Source: Acidimicrobiia bacterium (GTDB taxonomy: Bacteria > Actinomycetota > Acidimicrobiia > Spongiisociales > ZC4RG35). From it: a stretch of DNA of 64,000 nucleotides. Location: positions 4,333 to 68,332 of the forward strand of contig JAWOJB010000025.1 in the NCBI GenBank assembly GCA_046484325.1, written 5' to 3'. Position numbers and translations under genes: made by a program. The stretch's first letter is position 1. Each line of letters opens with the position of its first letter. Under the pieces are notes generated by a model. It was not told the origin of the DNA, did no database searches, and saw nothing but the letters and a program-made list of their open reading frames with translations. Shown here piece by piece: positions 58,618 to 64,000 of the stretch.

Positions 58618-58627
58618 TCGCGCCTGG

Positions 58628-59707
58628 TCACACCGAGAAGCGGACAACGATGACGTCGCCGTCCCTGACCTCGTAGTCCCGGCCCTCGACCCGGATCCGG
58701 TTGGCCTTCTTGGCCGCGTCCCAGCCGCCGGCGGCCAGCACCTCGTCCATGGGCGCCACCTCGGCCCGGATGAAGCCGCGCTCGAGGTCGCTGTGGACCT
58801 TGCCCGCCGCCTCGGGGGCGAGGGCACCCCGGCGCACGGTCCAGGCGTGGGCCTCCTTCGGCCCGATCGTGTAGAAGGACACGAGGCCGAGCGCGCCATG
58901 GGCCGCCCGTACGATCGTGGCGAGCGCCCCTTCTCCCAGTCCCAGCTCTGCGAACAGCTCTGCCCGGTCGGATGGATCGAGGCGGGCTCCCTCCTCCTCG
59001 ATCCGGGCCGATATGGCGACCACCGTGTCCCCGGCGGGAGTCACCGCCCGCACCGCCTCGGCCATCTCCCCCGGATCCGCCTCGTCCTCACCGACGTTCA
59101 CCACCCAGATCGAGGGTTTCAGGGTGAGGGGCGCCAGATCGCGAAAGGCGGCCCTCGCCTCCTCCGACCAGTCCCTGGCGCGGAGATGGGTGCCGCCGGC
59201 GAGGAGCTCGCTTGCCTCGGCGATCGCCGCAGCGGAGGGCCGCCTGGCAGGATCGACCGTCGCCTCCTTGGCGACCTTGTCCCGGCGGCGCTCGAACACG
59301 TCGGCATCGGCGATCGCGAGCTCGAGCGCGAGCTCCTCGGCCTGAGCCACCGGGTCGGTGCCCGATTCCTCGTCCGGCACGGCCGCATCCTCGAAGGCCC
59401 GCAGCACGACCACCAGCGCGTCCATCTCCCTCAGGCGACCGAGGAACTGCCCGGCGAGGCCGCCCCCATGGCCCGGCTTGGCGAGGGCCGGCAGGTCGAG
59501 CAGGTCGAGGGTCGCAGGCACGATCTTGGCGGACCGCTCGACGGCGGCCGCGGCGTCGAGGGCGGCGTCGGGCACCCTGGCCACCCCGAGGTTCGGCTCC
59601 CGGGTCGAGTAGGGATGGGGTGCCGTGACGGCGTCGAGACCCGTCAGCGCGTTGAACAGTGCGGTCTTGCCCGTATTGGGGAACCCGAGGATGCCGAGCC
59701 GTGCCAT
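58628..59707 (-). CDS. ychF: Ribosome-binding ATPase YchF
   Basis: 359-aa ORF. GFPNTGKTALFNALT P-loop. C-terminal TGS-like region HSDLERGFIRAEV. Confidence 0.9.
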   Translation of the reverse strand: MARLGILGFPNTGKTALFNALTGLDAVTAPHPYSTREPNLGVARVPDAALDAAAAVERSAKIVPATLDLLDLPALAKPGHGGGLAGQFLGRLREMDALVVVLRAFEDAAVPDEESGTDPVAQAEELALELAIADADVFERRRDKVAKEATVDPARRPSAAAIAEASELLAGGTHLRARDWSEEARAAFRDLAPLTLKPSIWVVNVGEDEADPGEMAEAVRAVTPAGDTVVAISARIEEEGARLDPSDRAELFAELGLGEGALATIVRAAHGALGLVSFYTIGPKEAHAWTVRRGALAPEAAGKVHSDLERGFIRAEVAPMDEVLAAGGWDAAKKANRIRVEGRDYEVRDGDVIVVRFSV

Positions 59708-59846
59708 CGGCGGAGGCTACCCGTCGCTCAGCGGACGCCACCCGGCCGGATCCCCCACGAAGCCGAGCCCGGGGAAGGGCGGTGGATCGGTCGTCGAATC
59801 CGGCACCAAGGGCGGCGGACCGCTTCTACCCGGTACGCTCCGCACC

Positions 59847-60845
59847 GTGCAGGTGACCGTCGTCGGCTCGGGCTCGTGGGGCACCACGGTCGCGGCCATC
59901 GCGGCCCGAACCCACCCCACCGTGCTCTGGGCGCGGCGTCCCGAGCTCGCCGATGCCATCAACACCACCGGCGAGAACCCCGACTACCTGCCCGGCCACC
60001 GCCTGCCCTATGGGCTCCGGGCGACGACCGACCTAGGCCGTTCGCTGGCGGGGACCGATCTCGTCGTGATGGGCGTCCCCTCTCACGGATTCCGCCAGGT
60101 CCTCGCCGAAGCAGCGGGTCTCATCCGCGACGACGTCCCGATCGTCAGCCTCACCAAGGGCATCGAGCAGGACACGCTGCTGCGGATGACCCAGGTCGTC
60201 GTCGAGGTGCTGCCCTCCCACGACCCCGACCGCGTCGGCGTGCTCACCGGGCCGAATCTCGCCCGGGAGGTCGCCCTCGGGATGCCGGCGGCGGCGGTGG
60301 TGGCCATGCACGACGAGGAGGCCGCCGGGCGGATCCAGCACGTCTTCATGGACCCCACCTTCCGGGTGTACACGAACGACGACGTCGTCGGTTGCGAGAC
60401 CGCCGGAGCGCTCAAGAACGTGATGGCGATCGCCGCGGGCATGTCGAAGGGTCTCGGCTTCGGGCACAACACCCTGGCCGCCCTGATCACCCGGGCCCTT
60501 GCCGAACTGACCCGGCTCGGCGTGGCCATGGGCGGGCAGCCCGTGACCTTCGCCGGGCTCGCCGGCATGGGGGACCTCATCGCCACCTGCGCCTCGGACG
60601 AGAGCCGTAACAACCGGGTGGGCATGGAATTGGCCCGGGGTGGCACCCTCGAGGAGATCACCTCGGAGATGCGGATGGTCGCCGAGGGCGTCAAGAGCAC
60701 CCGGGCGGTGCTCGACCTCGCCCGCAGCCACGACGTGGACATGCCGATCGCCACCCAGGTGGGCCGGGTGCTCTACGAGGGCGCCCATCCCCGGGAGGCC
60801 GTGCTCGCCCTCATGACCCGCCAGGCGAAGGATGAGCGGGCGTGA
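59847..60845 (+). CDS. gpsA: NAD(P)H-dependent glycerol-3-phosphate dehydrogenase
   Basis: GTG at 59847 in track ORF 59625..60845. VVGSGSWGTT, LTKGIE and GALKNVMAIAAG motifs. Confidence 0.9.
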   Translation: MQVTVVGSGSWGTTVAAIAARTHPTVLWARRPELADAINTTGENPDYLPGHRLPYGLRATTDLGRSLAGTDLVVMGVPSHGFRQVLAEAAGLIRDDVPIVSLTKGIEQDTLLRMTQVVVEVLPSHDPDRVGVLTGPNLAREVALGMPAAAVVAMHDEEAAGRIQHVFMDPTFRVYTNDDVVGCETAGALKNVMAIAAGMSKGLGFGHNTLAALITRALAELTRLGVAMGGQPVTFAGLAGMGDLIATCASDESRNNRVGMELARGGTLEEITSEMRMVAEGVKSTRAVLDLARSHDVDMPIATQVGRVLYEGAHPREAVLALMTRQAKDERA

Positions 60846-62374
60846 ACCTCGGGGATGTCTCTGGGCGGCGATGGGACGCCTTGGTCGTCGGCGCCGGCCA
60901 CAACGGCCTCACCTGCGCCGCCTACCTCGCCCGGGCCGGCCGGTCGGTCCTCGTACTCGAGCGCCGGTCCGTGGTAGGAGGTGCTGCCGCGATCGAAGAG
61001 CCCTGGCCCGGGTATCGGGTGTCGCCCTGTGCCTACCTGGCCGGCCTGCTCCATCAGCGGGTGGTCGACGACCTCGACCTGCGCCGCCACGGTGTGCGGG
61101 TGACCCTGCTCGACCCCCAGATGGTGGCGCCCGTCGAGCCGGGGCTCAACCTCGTCGAGTGGCGCGACCGGGAGCGAACGCTCGCCGGCATCGCCACCTG
61201 GGCCCCGAACCAGGTCGACGGGTACCGGGCCCTCGGCGAGTTCTGGGACCGGGTGAACCTCGCCCTCCGTCCACCCGACGACGACCTCTGGCTGCAGGAG
61301 GCTCCGACCCGCGAACAGGTGGAGACCCGGCTCTCCCACGACCCCGAGATGATCCGGGCCGTCTTCGAGAGCTCGGTCGTCGACGACCTCCGGCGCTTTC
61401 TCACCGACGAGCGCCTGGTCGGTGCCCTGGCCTCGCAGGGGATCATCGGCACCGACGCCTCTCCCTACGATCCGGGGACCGCCTTCGTCCGGTACCACCA
61501 CATGAGCGGTGCCCTCGAGGGCGGCGACGGGGACTGGGGGTTCGTGCATGGGGGCATCGGGGTCGTGTCGATGGCCCTGCGGTCGGCCGCCGAGGAGGCG
61601 GGGGCGGTGATCGTCACCGACGCCGTGGTCGGCCGGATTTCGCCCGGTCATGGCGTGATGCTGGAGGACGGCACGCTCATCCCCACGCAGGTGGTGATCT
61701 CGAACGCCGACCCGGTCCGGACACTCGGGCTGGTCGAACCCGCCGAGGTGCCGGCCGACTTCGCCGAGCGGGTGGAGGCCTGGGAGATCACGGGGGTCTC
61801 CTGCAAGGTGAACGCAGCCCTGTCGAGCCTGCCCGTGTTCAATGACCTCCCGGACTCCGCCGCCGGCCAGGTCGACGTCGGGCCCGGGCTCGACGCCCTG
61901 CACGGGTCCCACCGGTCGGCGGCTCGCGGCGAGATGGGCGAGCCGTGGGCCGAGCTCTACTTCCAGACCGCCTACGACCCCACGGTGGCCCCCGACGGGA
62001 AGCACGTCATGTCCGCGTTCGTCCAATACGTGCCGTACGAGTGGGCCGACGGCGGCTCGTGGGACGACCACCGAGACGAGGTGGGGACGAAGGTGGTGGC
62101 CGCCATCGAGCGCTGGTCGCCCGGCTTCACCGGCCTGGTGGAAGGCATCGAGGTGTCGGGACCGCCCGACATCGAGGACAAGATCGGCCTCACCGGCGGC
62201 CACATCTTCCAGGGCGACTGCCTCCCCCACCAGATGTTCGACCGGCGGATGCCGTATCACACGCCGATCGAGAGCGTGTACCTGTGCGGTGCCTGCACCC
62301 ACCCGGGCGGGAGCGTGATCGCCGCCAACGGCCGGAACGCCGCGCTGCAGGTGCTCGCCGACCTGGGCGGGTGA
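60842..62374 (+). CDS. FAD-dependent oxidoreductase, phytoene-desaturase-related (COG1233-like)
   Basis: GTG at 60842 forms a GTGA overlap with the gpsA stop. Dinucleotide fold VVGAGHNGLTCAAYLARAG. 510 aa. Confidence 0.75.
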   Translation: MNLGDVSGRRWDALVVGAGHNGLTCAAYLARAGRSVLVLERRSVVGGAAAIEEPWPGYRVSPCAYLAGLLHQRVVDDLDLRRHGVRVTLLDPQMVAPVEPGLNLVEWRDRERTLAGIATWAPNQVDGYRALGEFWDRVNLALRPPDDDLWLQEAPTREQVETRLSHDPEMIRAVFESSVVDDLRRFLTDERLVGALASQGIIGTDASPYDPGTAFVRYHHMSGALEGGDGDWGFVHGGIGVVSMALRSAAEEAGAVIVTDAVVGRISPGHGVMLEDGTLIPTQVVISNADPVRTLGLVEPAEVPADFAERVEAWEITGVSCKVNAALSSLPVFNDLPDSAAGQVDVGPGLDALHGSHRSAARGEMGEPWAELYFQTAYDPTVAPDGKHVMSAFVQYVPYEWADGGSWDDHRDEVGTKVVAAIERWSPGFTGLVEGIEVSGPPDIEDKIGLTGGHIFQGDCLPHQMFDRRMPYHTPIESVYLCGACTHPGGSVIAANGRNAALQVLADLGG

Positions 62375-62377
62375 GGA

Positions 62378-63010
62378 TCAGATCGATCGGTTCTCGATCT
62401 CCCAGGCATGGTCGAGGGCGTGCCAGGTGACCCGGCGAACGAAGTACCGGAAAGGCCAGCGGGTCTTCGGGCTGCCGTCGGCCGCCGCTCTCATGCCGGT
62501 GAGCAGCGCGCCCCGAAGCCGGGCGATCTCGTCCCGAGAGGTGGGTTCGACCCGGCCGCTCCGGACGCCGATTTGCCGGCCGTAGCTCGTTTCCGCATCC
62601 ACGACATGGGCGACGATGGCGTCGAGCTCCCGGCCGCCCCCTCGCGGGCCCTTCGCCAGATCGCCCGACGACGCCGCCACCGCCCGATCGAGGGCAGCCC
62701 ATCCGGCGGTGAGGAATCCAACCAGGGGCTCGACGTGGTCGAAGGTCCTCCGATCCGCCTCCGGGACCACGCCCGGCGCCCCGAAGTCGGTGGTGGCATT
62801 GCCCTCGAGGGTCTCGACCACCTCCAGGTGATCGTCGGGAGGCCCGTGGAGGCCGGCCAGTGCCAGGGCGGCCGTGTACCGCTCGCGGTGGCCGGCGAGG
62901 TTGGCGAGGGCGGCGTCCCGGTCCCTCGCCTCGCGCTCCCAGCCGGGCCAGTCGACGGCGCAGGCGAAGGTGCGGCGGGATCCGATCTCGAGGTACACGG
63001 GAACGGCCAT
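62378..63010 (-). CDS. Hypothetical protein, possibly DinB-like four-helix bundle
   Basis: 210-aa ORF. C-terminal histidines in HVVDAE...WHALDHAWE suggest a DinB-type metal site. The family call is tentative. Confidence 0.4.
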   Translation of the reverse strand: MAVPVYLEIGSRRTFACAVDWPGWEREARDRDAALANLAGHRERYTAALALAGLHGPPDDHLEVVETLEGNATTDFGAPGVVPEADRRTFDHVEPLVGFLTAGWAALDRAVAASSGDLAKGPRGGGRELDAIVAHVVDAETSYGRQIGVRSGRVEPTSRDEIARLRGALLTGMRAAADGSPKTRWPFRYFVRRVTWHALDHAWEIENRSI

Positions 63011-63268
63011 GGACGGAAGCTACTCACCGGGCGGACCGCCCTACCGCCGTGCCCCGCCCATGGAGCAACGCGTCTCGTGGATCGACGATGACCTGTCGAC
63101 CAGATCCGAGCCGGCGCGGCGCCGCACCACGTGACCGGCCGCTCGGCGAGGCAGCGGCGAGTGAAGCTCTGGGAGTCCGCAGGTTCGTCGGAGGTTGGCG
63201 AGATGGCAGCTCCTTCGGCTTCCAGGCCGGCCTCCAGGCACACGAGTAGGCCGATGGGGAGTCAACCA

Positions 63269-64000
63269 TTAGGGCGGGTCGTGGCCGGGTGGGAGGAATC
63301 GGCGTCGGAATGCCGGGCTGGCGGGGTCGATCCGGTAGCCCAGTCGGTGGACGACGATGTGATGGTGAAACCAGCAGAGCGTTGCGAGATTCTCTGCATC
63401 GGTCTTGCCGCCATTGGACCAGTGGATGACGTGGTGGGGTTGCAGCCGGTATCGGCTGACACAGCCGTCGGCGACACAGCCACCGTCGCGATGGAGGACG
63501 AACCGGCGGAGCCGCCCGGGGATGGCCCTGCTACGCCGCCCGCAGGCCACCGGGGTGCCGTCGCCGGTGATGCCGGTGACCTCGAGTGTGCCTTCACAGG
63601 CCAAGGCGGCGAGGGTGGCCGAGTCGAGGACCGGTCCGGCGGCCACGGTGGCGACCGGTGTGCTCGGCCCCCCTACCTCCCGCCCTTCGGGCGGCAGACG
63701 AGCTTCGCTCGTCGACGACGACGTGGTGGCGTCGACGAAGACCGTGATCAGCGGCTCCCGAGACAAGCGCTGGTCCGGCTGGTCCGGATCCGAGGCCTCT
63801 GCATCTACACAGAGGGTGAGGAGGGCGTCGGCCCGGCGGGCAGAGACCGGCTCTCGGGTGCCGTCGGGAAGCGGCGGGAACGAATCGGCCCGGTCGCCGA
63901 GCACCCGGTGCACCACCGCCCCGGCGTCGCCGCACAGCTGTCCCCACAGCCTCCACCGGGACTGGTCGAGGGAGGGCTGGAGGGTGAGGTACCGGTCCTG
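63269..64000 (-). CDS. DUF222-type HNH endonuclease (13E12-repeat-like); 5' end lies beyond the window
   Basis: The frame is open to position 64000. HNH core HHVIHWSNGGKTDAENLATLCWFHH preceded by RRFVLHRDGGCVADGC. The upstream part resembles a DUF222 central region. Confidence 0.75.
   Translation of the reverse strand, partial: QDRYLTLQPSLDQSRWRLWGQLCGDAGAVVHRVLGDRADSFPPLPDGTREPVSARRADALLTLCVDAEASDPDQPDQRLSREPLITVFVDATTSSSTSEARLPPEGREVGGPSTPVATVAAGPVLDSATLAALACEGTLEVTGITGDGTPVACGRRSRAIPGRLRRFVLHRDGGCVADGCVSRYRLQPHHVIHWSNGGKTDAENLATLCWFHHHIVVHRLGYRIDPASPAFRRRFLPPGHDPP

Noticed and set aside
59781-59807. tRNA-like 3' end (ggtcgtcgaatccggcacca) in the ychF-gpsA divergent spacer
   Set aside because: When laid out as T-arm, acceptor and CCA, the putative T-stem strands (ggtgg/gtcga) do not pair, and no complementary 5' acceptor strand exists upstream.

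Overview
Very GC-rich (about 70% by eye, not computed), densely packed chromosomal segment. Gene content and codon style look like Actinomycetota, possibly Acidimicrobiia-like; that placement is inference only. I support about 65 protein genes, many joined by 4-nt ATGA/GTGA start-stop overlaps.

Gene blocks, in order:
- TolB-like lipoprotein plus S9 peptidase.
- Thiamine pyrophosphokinase, a 2-hydroxyacid dehydrogenase and an L,D-transpeptidase.
- A seven-gene minus-strand fatty-acid/beta-oxidation-like cluster: two fadE, a soluble acyl-ACP desaturase, a split MFE-2 (SDR plus MaoC hydratase), fadD and a family III CoA-transferase.
- malQ, rhodanese, SufE, murI.
- Menaquinone genes menF, menD and menC, with a small lipoprotein cytochrome c coupled to menC-menD.
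- manC, surE, trpB2.
- An unusual flavoprotein-FNR fusion.
- A frameshifted arginine deiminase pseudogene next to an intact ornithine carbamoyltransferase.
- A complete phenylacetate module: paaABCDE with a TetR regulator, plus paaK.
- rtcB with archease.
- nei, a GH1 beta-glucosidase and an ABC-2 exporter.
- A tandem glycine riboswitch driving gcvP.
- ychF, gpsA and a CrtI-like oxidoreductase.
- A DUF222/HNH endonuclease gene that runs off the 3' edge.

I recognised no rRNA, tRNA, CRISPR array or transposase.

Most interesting observations:
1. A 597-aa modular protein directly downstream of gcvP. About 270 residues are an almost pure Ala/Glu/Gln repeat encoded by about 0.8 kb of nested tandem DNA repeats.
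2. A 70-nt heptamer/14-mer tandem repeat that exactly fills the paaB-paaC junction.
3. A PaaR-type palindrome in front of paaA.
4. Pseudogene remnants of arcA and pfk.
5. A 200-bp hairpin-rich convergent intergenic region with C-rich loops.

Many of the longest ORFs in the track are antisense or alternative-frame shadows of real genes and were rejected.
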